From assembly GCA_000708835.1 (NCBI GenBank), contig DF237179.1, forward strand, positions 1 through 64,000: a stretch of 64,000 nt of DNA, given 5' to 3'. The notes beneath the pieces were generated by a model. The model made no database searches. It was not told the origin of the DNA and saw nothing but the letters and a program-made list of their open reading frames with translations. Below are positions 48,001 through 59,485 of the stretch, piece by piece. Numbering within the stretch: the first letter of the stretch is position 1; every line of letters begins with the position of its first letter. This DNA is from Klebsormidium nitens. Its lineage: Eukaryota; Plantae; Klebsormidiophyceae. The translations under genes and the position numbers were made by a program.

Positions 48001-51000
48001 TGTCCGAGCGTCCAAATTACGCCCCCATCCGGCACCGTCCGACGGGGGGATCGCGTATCCTGCGAGGTCGCCTTCCAGCCGACCGCGTCTGATAGCACTC
48101 TTGCCTCGTATGAGGTCACCTGCGCGGTAACGAACGGGCACCGTTACCGCCTGCTGCTGTCGGGATCCGGACATAACCCCAAGGTCCGATTTGGGTTTCG
48201 GACGTACGACTTTGGACCATGCTTTCTGGCGGGCCCGGGTATTGCGCCGCGGTTAACGGTGCTGACGATCACGAACGGGGACGTGCAAGATATCAGTCTG
48301 GACCTGCTGTTTGAGAACACGCCGGATCTGGAGGTTTTCGCCAATCCCGCGGTGCTCTGTCCAGGTGACACTGTCTTTATTGGTTGCCTGCCCTGCTTCG
48401 CAAAGAATACTGGACAATTATATGGATTCTCATTGCTTATTCAATGTTGGAGCATTCCTTCCAAATCACTTGGCGGCTCTCCACCGCGTTCGTTTTTCAG
48501 GAGATCAGGAAGACCCTTCTCTGTAAGCTTTACCTAAAAAAGCTCGTGTCTTCTAAGAATGCTTACTCAGAAGTCTTTGAAGGTAGATGTGCACTATACT
48601 TTTGGATCAAACTTCGTTTTCGATGTGTTGCTTCCTATCTCTTTTCCAACGGTGACCTTCCCTTGTTTTCCTTACTCGATGGAATAAAATCGGTAAGCAG
48701 AATGCACATTTGAGTGTCCTCTAAATGCAGATGTCCCGCGAACTCCTTCTCCAGGAAGCAGACAATCATCAAGGTCAGTCGAAAGTGTGGTCAAAAGTAC
48801 TGCAAACGCACGCATACCAGGGTAATTTTGTGCTTTGTGCCCAATTATCTCCTTCTCTCGCTGCAGGCGACTCCCAAGACGTGCGCATTCTATTCCACCC
48901 GACCGCCGCCGTCGTCTACCGGGAGGTCCTCCGCTTCCAGATCAACGGCCTCTCCGTGATCCCCGTCGTCATCAACGGCGAGGGAACGCCGCTCAAGATC
49001 GAGCTGGCCGACCCGAAGCAAAGCAACATCAGCTTCGGTTCCATCCGGTTGGGTCAGCAGGCGACCCGCATGGTCAAGCTCCTTAACCGCAGCAAACTGC
49101 CGCTAACCCTCTCCTTCGAGCCGTCCGCGGCCGCGCTCGCGGGTCTGGGGGTTTCGTGCGCGCCGCCGAAGGGGGTTTACCTGCGGCCGCGTGACGCGGC
49201 TGCGTTCGAGCTGCAGTACAAGCCGGGCGCGCGGCACCAGCTGTTCACGGAAAACCTCTCGGTAGAAGTTGCCGGGGTTAACAAAACCCTGCTCACGATG
49301 ACCGGGGCGTGTCTCGGGGTCGAGGTGAAACTCGCGAGCGACAACGTTCCGTTTGGGTCGGTGGTTTTGGGCGCCCGGTTAGTGAAACGGGTGCAGTTAG
49401 AGAACACAGGGGACGTCGGAACCCGGTTCGTTTGGGAAACCTCTCGACTGGGTCAGAACTTTAGCATCGACCCGGTAGAAGGGTTTTTGGCGCCGGGTCA
49501 AGATTGTAAAGTTGAGGTCGCGTTCCACCCGACGCGGCTGAGCGCCGACGCGCGCGCGGACGGCGTCGAGTGCCGCGTAGAAGGGTTTGGGGTTTTGCGG
49601 ATGGCGCTCACGGGGACGTGCGTCGCGGCGGCCGCGCAGGACGCGCCGGTGGCCTTCGTGTCGCCCGCGCGCAGCGCGCAGACGAAGAGGGTCAAAGTGA
49701 CGAACAACTCGAGCGAGGATTGGCACATTCGACCGGCGATTCAGAACGAGTACTGGACGGGCGGCGAGGTTTTGGAGGTTTTGGCCGGCCGCGACGCCGA
49801 CTACGCGCTGACGTATCGCCCCATGACGATGACGAAAGACGGGGGGCCGCTGCACGAAGGGTCGGTGTTCTTCCCCCGCCCGGACGGGACCGCGCTGTTG
49901 GTTAAGCTAACTGGGCAGGCTAACCCCCCCGCCGCGGCCGGGGAATCGAGCTTCGAAGTGAAGGCGAAAACGGGGTTCAAGGCAGCGGTTATGGTGTCAA
50001 ACTGGCTGAACAAGTCGCAGCGATTCAGGGCGGTCTTAGAGGTGGAAAAGGGCGACCGGTCGGTAACACTAACCGGGCCGGACCTGATCGACGTGCCTGG
50101 GTTAGCGTCCCGAGAGTTCAAGCTCCGGTTCTATTCCTACAAGGCTGGTAGCATTTGCGCGAAAGCGACGTTTGTGAACGAGGACACGGGCGAATTTTTG
50201 TATCATGATCTGCGCTTCGAGGTCGCCCCCCCGGGCGTCGTGGAGCGGTTTACGCTAGAGTGCCCGGTTCGGCAGCAGGCAGTCCAACTGGTGCGGATCC
50301 AGAACCCTCTAGATGTTCCCGTGGTTATCACCGGAAAGTGCGTGACGGGAGACGGGAAGCCGGTTCCGCAGGTGGCGGTTCCGGCGAGCACGGAACTCAA
50401 ACCCAAAGCGGAAACGGCGATCGAAGTGCTGTACAAGCCGCTCCTCGCAGAGAGCGCGACGTGTCAGCTCGTCATGCAATCGGAGCAGCTGGGGGCATAC
50501 GTATACGATCTGAACCTCAAGAGCTCCCCGGCTCTGCCCGAGAACCCCCTCTCGTTCAGCGCGCCGCTAGGCGGGCGCCAGACGCAACTTTTCCGGTTCC
50601 GCCACTACCTTCCGGCCAAGGCCACCTTCGCCTGCTCGCTGGAGAACGGAACGGCGACCGGGTTCGAGGTGACGTCAGCCACCGTCAGCGCGGCCGCGGC
50701 CGCGGGGCCCGACGGAATGGAGGTCGAGGTGGAAGTCGCATTCGAGCCGGTTATGGTGGGCGACCAAATACGTGACTGCCTGCTTGTGCGGTCGCCGGAA
50801 GCGGGCGACTACGTGTGCACAGTGACGGGGCGCGCGCTTCCGCCGGCGCCGCAGGGTCCGTTCACCGTCAAAGAGAAGGGCAGCGGAATTCCGTTCAAAA
50901 ACATCTTCTCCAAGCCCGTCCCATTCACGTACGTTGTCGACAATCCGGCTTTTGTTGTGTCTAAGGGAGAGACGATTCCGGCCAAGAAGGGGGTTTCGTT

Positions 51001-51106
51001 ATCGGTCACGTTCAAAGCGCAGCCGGATACCGCGCGGAACGGAAAGTTGTTAGTGACGTGCGCAGAGACGTCAACGCCCTGGGTGTTCTATTTGCAAGGC
51101 GCTTAG
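27042..51106 (+). CDS. HYDIN: Hydrocephalus-inducing protein homolog (flagellar central-pair protein with ASH/Ig-like repeats), about 5040 aa
   Basis: 19 exons: 27042-27188, 27577-27696, 28165-28287, 28558-28813, 29033-29097, 29662-29864, 30519-31143, 31647-31880, 32189-32350, 32767-32934, 33264-34010, 34645-37075 (donor less certain), 37661-40599, 41435-41779, 42259-44478, 45107-45280, 45701-47175, 47914-48364, 48867-51106. Phases close if one base is added near 42567-42573. HYDIN-like motifs: LFQPFPPEIRFHNY..LRNNDK, VTERERFMLPIKATG, EGEIWPHGEVEVSVTF, VGPTFELDVRDLDFGHVSFGFP, ARPQISSDPRNVF..KQFV, C-terminal PWVFYLQG. Confidence 0.95.
29828..29994 (+). repeat. 39-bp direct duplication of the HYDIN exon 6 end and donor site
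   Basis: aagtggcctacgataccggggaatgcaccgtcaccaggt (29828-29866) versus aagtggcctacgataccgggaaatgcatcgtcaccaggt (29956-29994), 37/39 identical. Confidence 0.9.
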
Positions 51107-54100
51107 ATGGTCCAAAGGTCAACTCGACTTTCCGCGCTCCTGCGTTTCTGGCCATAGATGTAACTTATGTTAGGACTGAGTACGTGCTCTAATCTAGGAT
51201 ATAAACAGGCTTAAAAGCATAGGAGCTTGTATCGTAGCTTTAGATATTGACGGTATCTTCACTTGAGATACAGCTAGTCAGCGATCCTATTCAAACCTTT
51301 GGGCTTCAATGCGGACGGTACGTGCGGCGACAGCTGGTGACTTATTCTTTCATCGGACATGTGACTCGAACAGCTGTCAACACAGACGACTGGCAATGAA
51401 GCCTGTCCGTTAATTTAGAAAATCAGGAAGTTGCTACGCCAGTGAGACCTCGCACGTCAAAATCTGCTTGAGAAGATATGAAGCGCACATCGAAAGCCGG
51501 ATCTTCGCGTATGGAGTGACACATGTAAAGCTCCACCATGAAAGACATCAGCGCTTGCACTTTTATGTACAATATGCTTGAGCCCGCCTCAAGTTACCCA
51601 TGAGGTTTATTTAAGTACATGGAAATGCTTATCACATCATCAAGCTATGAATCCGAACAATCCTTCACGGCAAGTCTGAGATAAGATTGCTGGGCTGTAT
51701 GAGCCCTTATTTGGAAGCTCTTGAAGTATGTCAGCAGATCTCTCAGCGACCAAATTGCCATGCGATTCTTGCCGGCCTGCCATTAATGAGGCAAAAGTAA
51801 CACCAGTGTGCCCAGGGCCGCGGCAGATTATAAAGTCTAGCCCCTGCCAATGGAATGATCCACACATGCTCCCAACTCGATTCTCAAAGAAAATCCTCCG
51901 AAAGTTTTCTTAGTTGAGATAGTCCACTCTTGCAGTAAGTTGCCGGAGAGACCTCAAGTAGATACTAATTCAATTTTAAACATTTTCGGATTTGATTGGC
52001 GAGATGTCTTGATGCTCCATTTTTAATCGATGACAGAGGCGAGAGTTGCGCTGTATAAAGGATGTGCGGCATTTCATGTCTGGAATATAGAACAACCAAG
52101 CTGGAAAGCTGGCGAATGGAGCGCAGCGCAAACATAACATACGAGCCTTCAATTCCATGTCAGTGAACCTTTGACCAATTCGTCCTGACTACGAGATCTG
52201 GCCCAAAAGAACTGCTTCGACGGCATTACGTCATCGCGAAATAGGATCAAGAGACTAGCGCAATTAAAGCTTGCCACATCGCTTGCTTGAATCATCTTGC
52301 TGTGCCGCTGAATCAGCGGCTCTGCCACGGCGGCCGGCTGAGAGTGTGTTATGTATGTGCATATATTTTGTGCATATGAGCACAATTGCGAAGTCGTGTG
52401 CATATTCAAACGGTGGCGAGCGCCAGGCAGGTCGCCAGCAGGTCGCCAAGAAATCCTGATATGATGACGTCAGCAAACTTTATGCAACAAGTACACAAGT
52501 ACCTATACTAGAGTCTCGTCCACTCGTCCACGGTTGGCAGAAATCCCCTCTCGGGACTCGGGCCCCTCGCGGTCCGACGGCGAGCTCAGTCCAAGATTGG
52601 TAGGTCAACAAAATCATTTCAATTGGACAACCACTCAACCACTGACACATTGAGACCATTAGACTATCTGAGATCGGGATTGGATCCCTCAGATCCTTGC
52701 GCACGTAGGTAGTTAAAATGTACATGTATGAAATGCATATGTTATCAAAATGCTCACACTAATTCAAGCCCCATTCAAGCGGTGGCAATTTTGGGCCCCG
52801 GATGCCAGATTCCTGGCCCATCCTCAGTGGCCCCAAGAATCCGAGAATGCCGATGCCAAGATACCAAGATTCCGGTTCTCATATTCCACTGAGCCGAGCA
52901 TTTTCAGCCGCAACATAAAGCTGATTATCACCGTCTCACTCAGTGTATTTTTGCATTGATCACATTCTGAATGTGACAATTGGGAAGTTGGCAGAAAAAA
53001 CGAGTGAAACTTGAAATACGGAGAGAAAAACAGTGTGGCACTGGTGCCATTCAATCAAGAACGATTATGCGATGAGGCGATGACCGCGGCAATGACGCTT
53101 TAGTAAATCTGTTTTTGCTGAGTCAAGCACTCGTCATATAAGCAACTGAGCAGGTTGGGCATTTGAGTCAATAGACATACGTATCCGGCCTGATCTAAGT
53201 AGCTCTGAATGACAACAGGCTGGTCACCCGATCAAACAATCGCATCATTGCTACAGGGTCTGGTCAACCTGAAAAGTGGCAACGAGTCGGATGCTTCGGG
53301 CCTTAGCTTTAACGGGACGTTTGAATATAGCGTCATGATCTGCCCCGTAGCATTTAGAATGTGGCGCGCTTGCGCCTGAGTGGCACGTAAGCATTGGCAC
53401 AGCGGCGCCGCATCGGAGATTTATAAGGTCATAAGGTGGGCCGACGTAGAGTCACCAACTACCAGTAGTCCAACTTATAAGTCTGGTTCATGCTTAAGTC
53501 ATCAAGTCATGTTCTCGTCTTATAATGTTACCATATTACGACGGTTCATTACATTCATTTAATCAATCGAAAATCAATTGTTGAAACCTGAACAACCGAG
53601 TCTCCAAAGCTCCAAGCCATAAGTTTTATATGCTGAGATGCTGAGCTGACGTAAGCGTGACGTCAGCCTCTTTGTCGGCGACCACTGCCGACCGGGCAAA
53701 CTCATACGCGCGAGAGTGACGTCGGATATGTGCACGGCGACGTCATTTCTGAGCACTCTCTGCACAAATGTGACGAGGTCGTGCTCATATAAGACGTGGG
53801 CTGCTCATGTGCTCAAATAATCCGCACGCAAAGAGTTTATACTGCGGCCGGCTGCATGGGGCCGGCTGGCTGGATGACGGTTGGTTGAGTCCTTAAACCC
53901 TCCATAAACTTTCGTGGGCTAGATCGGGCGCATGGCGGCGTCACCCGGGCCGTGACTCGTGGGCGGCGCGGCGCGTGGCGCCGGGCCGCCCGCCGCCCGG
54001 CCCTCGGAAGTCGTCGGCAGCTCGGCCGCTTCGTTAAGAGCACCGTACGAACACGGTGGCTGGTCTACCCACCGGTCGACGGCCGTACGGTCGCGTTAGT

Positions 54101-55158
54101 CCGGCAGGACTCACCGGCCCCGGTGCTTTGGTTGCAAAAGCGCCCGCATGGAAAGTCAACCGACCATGTTTGTCACGACAATTCGGTCTGACCTGGTCTG
54201 TCAAATACTGAAAGTTGACCGGGATGCTGAACCGACCAAGATTCGCTTAGTGATCACCGTAAACGTCGTCACCGTTATGCGCCGACGGCAGACGGTGGGT
54301 GTGACGGTGACCCTTCATGCGCATGCATGATTGAGCGCTGAGTCAGCCGTCACCTGCTTGAAGGCACTCTGATTGGCTACGGGGTTGGAATCTGGGGCTC
54401 ATCCAGAGTGTGGGCCGTGTTATGAGTACCTACCGTAATCGGACACCAAGACCACACCAAGAAGTAGGTAGGTACTGAGTCCTGACACTCCTCAAAATCC
54501 TACAAAGCTTATCGACTGGATTGATTGGATCGATTGGAGTACCTACGCGGTTTCCAGAACGCTGCATAGCACAGCTCTCCGCCATGTGGCAAGTGTCGCA
54601 GCGTCCTTCATGTTCACAAAATATCCGCAGTTGATTCAGGGAAGTGCCCGGGTCAAAACTAGGGCCACCTGAGCTGGTGACAGAACGGCGAGGGCGAACT
54701 GAGGCAGATAAGGGAAGTGCCCGGGGGGAATATTCGAGAAGTACTCCTCTTGCTTGCGGCTGATGACACCAGGAAGCATGCAGAAAACATGCAGCCAGTC
54801 TCAATTTAACCTACAATCACCTAGGGTAGTGGACAACTCTGAAAATGTGGTGTTTAGTGTTCACATCATCCGACACCGCCTCTGTTTGTGTGTAGGTACG
54901 TGAGAGCGATACTTCGATACGAAAGCCCTTCATGGCCTGTTGATGCTCTCCTAGACTGCGTCCTTGCTCTACTTATCGTCTGTCTCTCCAAAGCCCAGGA
55001 GTAAATGCTCAACACTCCAGCTGCACACTCAGCTGCTGCGAAAAATTCTGCTTACCAGAAGCGGGCGACAAGCTTTTTCGCGAAACCGCAAATTGAGCTG
55101 AAAGTAACGTCCAAAAATTCAGTCGCAGCCTTCCAAAGAGCAAAGAAAGCGGAGCAAC

Positions 55159-58100
55159 ATGGCGCTGCAGGGGCGAAACTCAATGGTGCCTCTTCTCCTC
55201 ATGATCGTGGCGACCTTCTTACTGGTTCCCACAGCTGAAGCGGCATCCGCTGGTCGCCGCTTGCTTGCGGGTGAGTTCTCTGCTTCCAAGTACTGGCATT
55301 TTTATCTATGTGCTTTGCTTCTGCTTTGACGAATATGTTCGTGAAGTTCTCCGGCCATTGGCCTCCTCTATGCAGAGAGTAAAGTGAAAATGCGGCCTTT
55401 CAATAGAGGCAGCTGAGCGCTAGCTCGTGCTTCAAGTTGGTACCACATTTGCCATCACTTTGGAAAAAGCATCTACTTTTTTGTGAACCGGCAATCAAAG
55501 TGAGAGGGTTCTCTCTCCATGTCTCCCTGTACACAAGCTTTGAAAGTTCTAAAAGAATGAGAGCAAACTGTGCTAAAAGCCCGCAACTTGCTAGTACTGT
55601 AACTAAACCCCCCTGGGTGTTTACAGTATATCAAACCCAACCCCGCAGGCCTGACATGTTAGTAACTTTTGTGAAGAATCTCTCCAGACACGGGTCCTTT
55701 TAGCATGTCATGTTATCTTCTATGTAGAGCATGTGAAAACGTCCATTGTAATGCAGCTTCCTCTAAAACAAGTTGCTTGAAGGGGGGGACTGGTTTTAAG
55801 TGTTGCCTTGTTGCCTTTGATTGTTTGCTTGAGGCCAGATTGTTATGAGAGGTTTGCGAACCAGAGAAACCGGGTTTTGTGACTGGCTATCGCATGTCAG
55901 TAAGAATGTGTTGAGCGAAGAGCGGCTAGATAGACAACCCTGTTGGGGATTGAGGGGCTGAGGTCTGTTATGAAGATACTTCATAGAGAGTTAGCCAAAG
56001 CAATCACCTTTTCAAGGATTTCTCCAGGTTTTTGAAATCAGCGAAACCACTCAAAAGATTTGCATTAAAGCTGGGCTATAGCTGACCCCCAAGAACTGGT
56101 TCCTTTCAGAACCTCCCATGTCCACTCCACCAGTCGTGCAGTCTTGCAATTTGCTCAGCTTATAACCTAGATCACAAAATGACATCAGAGACTGTTCTTT
56201 GCAGACCAAGGCGTGTGCGGAAGCGGTCCAGCCCAGTACTTCCCCAACCGCTGCTACTTCAACAGTGACCCTCAGGTACGTGCCAAAAACCTCTGCGTTA
56301 AGGATGGCATGGGGGGCTTGACGCCAACTTTGAGACCTGCCCCAAAGTCTTCCCCTTTCCGGTTTCTTCTGTTTTGATTGCATTGTCACAAACAGTGGCA
56401 AATAAACGCGTGGGGTGTCATTGCATGCCCCAAGTTGTGGTGTGGACTGCCTCCTCCGGTATGCTAAAATTTGTTTTTTTAGAAGCAGGCTCCTTTTGCA
56501 TGTCCACGTGGCGTGTCATAGGACCTGGTTCTGGCAATTCTCCTCATCTTCAAGCTTTGGAAATCCGCTGGGTTGCTTCTTGCTCATGACACTCTCCCCC
56601 ATCCAGCTTTACAATAGTGACACTCTTCCAGCTTTACGATACTTTCGAGGAATTCAGACAGGATTCAGATATAAAAGAAGAGCGCTGGTGCATGTGTTTG
56701 TTCCTGAACAAAACTACCTCCTTCGGTCTTTCTTGCCTCATACAGCAAGGATTGCTTCAGAGGTTGTAACGCATGTAGTCTGCCCGTAAAGGTGAACGCA
56801 TCAAAGTTTCCCTTGAAAACGAGCACTCCAGAGCTTTATGCTGACGCTTTCGAAATGACAGAATCAAGAGGCTCTTTTTCGAGTCAAAGCGAAGCATGCG
56901 GTCTTCTGCAACCTGTCATGAGCAAGTGACTGTGAGACCGACTTCTTCTTTAATTGAGCGGAGCCGAGAACTGAATCACGGAACTCCAGAGTAACGTTCT
57001 ACGCCATTCGTGCAGGGGCGTTACGTCTGCTGCGACAACCAGGGCTGCGACGGCTTCAACCCGCCGGGCAACTTCTTTCCCCACTGCAAGAACGCCGGGT
57101 TCGTTCCGTCTGCTTTTGGGGTCGGCGCCCCTTCAGGTAAGCCAGTTCTTTAGCAGCTTCGATATTTATTTTGGGTTGCGGTTATGTCGAGCTGGTTCTT
57201 GCCCATAGGGTTTGTTTGGGGGTCTAGGTTGAGTACGTGTGCGGAGCATGTTACCTCTTGATCACAGGTTTTGGTTTGTCTTGACCCGGGGAATTGGTCT
57301 GCCTCAACATCGCCTATTTTCACATGAGAGGCAGTTTTTTCCTTCTACCATTGTGGCGCATGCGACCAATGTGCAGTCAAATTCCATCTGGTAAACTAAA
57401 CGAGCCAGGGCTTCTTAGAAGCAAGGAAAAGGACCTCAGCAGATTCGAAAATGGAAAGGGGAACGACTGACCCCATCAAGTAGTACGGCGAGGTATCTGA
57501 GTGTCAGCGCCTACTCTGGGACCGGCAGGGTCCAGATTCCTGCAAGTTCTCTTTGAAGTGGTTTTTCATCATCGTTGAAGTCCTCGCAATATACAGAAGT
57601 AATAGAAGCTGCAGGCAGCCGCGCTTAAAATAAACTTAAGAGCTACGATATAAGGTCACCGCATCGGGAGGGGAGAGTCACACTTGACAAGGTAGTTTCT
57701 TGCTTCTGAATAGGTAAGGCCGCACGCGGAGCAGGCAAAAATATGGAGTTGACGATTGCCTTGTGACTGTAGTCATGGCTTGTTTTCTCCTCCGCTCACT
57801 GTTATCCTCGAGCATATCAAACTTCACCGTTGTGCACAGCGCCAAACATGGCCGTTTTGGAGAACAAGTCGTGCTTAACCCGGTTCGCTTGCTTAAAGCC
57901 ACCACTCTACTTCCTGCGAGCGCGTGCCCCGCTTTCGACGGGCGTGCCACCAACAGTCTCAAGTCAATCCTAACAGCTTACGAATCTTCGACGGCCGAAC
58001 AAAGCACTAGCTAAACGCGTTGGGCCCAGCTCTTATCGTCGAATTCTCACTGACACCCCGATGCTCAAACGCTTGCAGCAATCACGGTGGTTCCAGCGTT

Positions 58101-58254
58101 CGTCCCGTGCCCCGCCGTCAACGGCGTCCCGACCAACAGCTGCTTCAACCAGGCGGGCACGCAGCACGTGTGCTGCATTAACCCCGACTCGTGCGGCGCC
58201 TTGGCTGCGAACGGCAACCCGACGTGCGCGGCTGGCAATTACTACGTTTTCTGA
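55159..58254 (+). CDS. Secreted cysteine-rich protein with two tandem six-Cys (C-C-CC-C-C) modules, 159 aa
   Basis: Exons 55159-55270, 56205-56275, 57016-57136, 58079-58254; phases 1, 0, 1; 480 nt. MALQGRNSMVPLLLMIVATFLLVPTAEAASAGRRLLA-DQGVCGSGPAQYFPNRCYFNSDPQGRYVCCDNQGCDGFNPPGNFFPHCKNAGFVPSAFGVGAPS-AITVVPAFVPCPAVNGVPTNSCFNQAGTQHVCCINPDSCGALAANGNPTCAAGNYYVF. The correct frame is not represented in the ORF track. Confidence 0.85.
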
Positions 58255-58696
58255 GTCTGCGGCGGCGCAGTGTCAATGTTAGCAAGTTGGAGAGCGAGTC
58301 AGAGAGTCAGTGAGTGAGTGAGTTGACCTCTGAAAGTTGAGAGTTAGGAAATGGGTTTGAGGATGGAAGTTGCGGTCGGGTAATATGGCAGAGGGGTTCG
58401 TCAAGGATGTACGAAACGCAATGTAGGCTCACCACCCCCATCCAAACAAAATAAGTTTTGTAGTAACGGTGTTTTTAGTTCTCGATTCTGATGTGGAGGG
58501 CCATACCCACGTATGTAGAGGTCGCGACGAGGCAATATAACTTGCTTGAGACAGTTCTCGATAATGTACATATGCGGAATCTGCAAGGTAGGATGCTAAG
58601 ATTTGAAGTGCCGGTCGGGCTGAGAGAAACCTGAGCTAGGGACGCTGAAACATTCTCGTTTCGCTTTTTATCACTGTTATTAACGTCACAACTAAT

Positions 58697-58725
58697 CTAG
58701 ACGATCGCGTTGTGCCGGCGCACAA
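58697..58725 (-). mobile_element. Possible Helitron-like 3' terminus (hairpin plus CTAG)
   Basis: Minus strand: ttgtgcgccggcacaa (6-bp perfect stem), 9 nt, then CTAG. The next base is A rather than the canonical T, and no 5' end could be assigned. Confidence 0.3.
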
Positions 58726-59485
58726 ATCAATGCTGGCGCACAAATCAACGATTGTACAACTGAGCCATGGTCGGCCAATTAGCCTGGTTGCTAGTTTCAC
58801 GGCCTGTAGATGAGCCCATGCATCGCGGCAATTGCGTGCATATTAAAGCTGCCATGCGCAACTGGCACCAATATGATGGCACTACGCGTACGCATGGCGA
58901 ACTTAGCTTGGCCGTACATGCCGGCACGTGAGGCGGGCCATCAGGGGTATATGAGAGCCGCGCTCCTGCATGTCCGGCATGCTAGTAATGGATAATATCG
59001 GACAATGTACTGCACATGATGCTGCTGCCTTTTCGTCTCATCAAATCGTAGCTGTATGTTCGATCATACCCTTTGGTCGCTGCCCGCGGGCCAGTGACTC
59101 TTAAGTTCTGGCAGACAAATTGCTCCGCCAAGTCAGCCGCACTCAAGCTAGCTCATGTTAAAAGTTGTCAGCACTTCGCTCAAGCGATTAGCGCACAGCT
59201 ATCGCACATGACGTTAGCACGTGCGCGAGGACTAGCACACATGCTTCACAAGTCGCAGGTGGTGGATGCTTGCAATTGAGACGCGCGTGTATATTCTGCT
59301 TGGAACCGAATCGTATCGATGTGTGTTACTATACTTGCTTGCTGTCGTACGATGAGCGAAATTGGGAACTATTATAACTGTCACTATCTACAGCAACATA
59401 GCTCTACGTTTTCGACCAGAACTCTCGAACGACAAAACGCGTACGTTGGGCAGCGAGTGTCAAAATGTCAAAACTGGCTCGGTGC

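Noticed and set aside
51640-53300. Several 60-86 aa ORFs and gatgcc/agattcc motifs downstream of HYDIN
   Set aside because: No domain, splice-supported structure or element termini found.
58061-58282. ORF-track 73-aa protein MLKRLQQSRWF..
   Set aside because: Wrong frame; the real exon (58079-58254) encodes the Cys module in another frame.
2166-58716. Shared 15-mer atcgcgttgtgccgg near 2175 and 58704
   Set aside because: A few 15-nt matches are expected by chance in 64 kb, and there is no flanking similarity.
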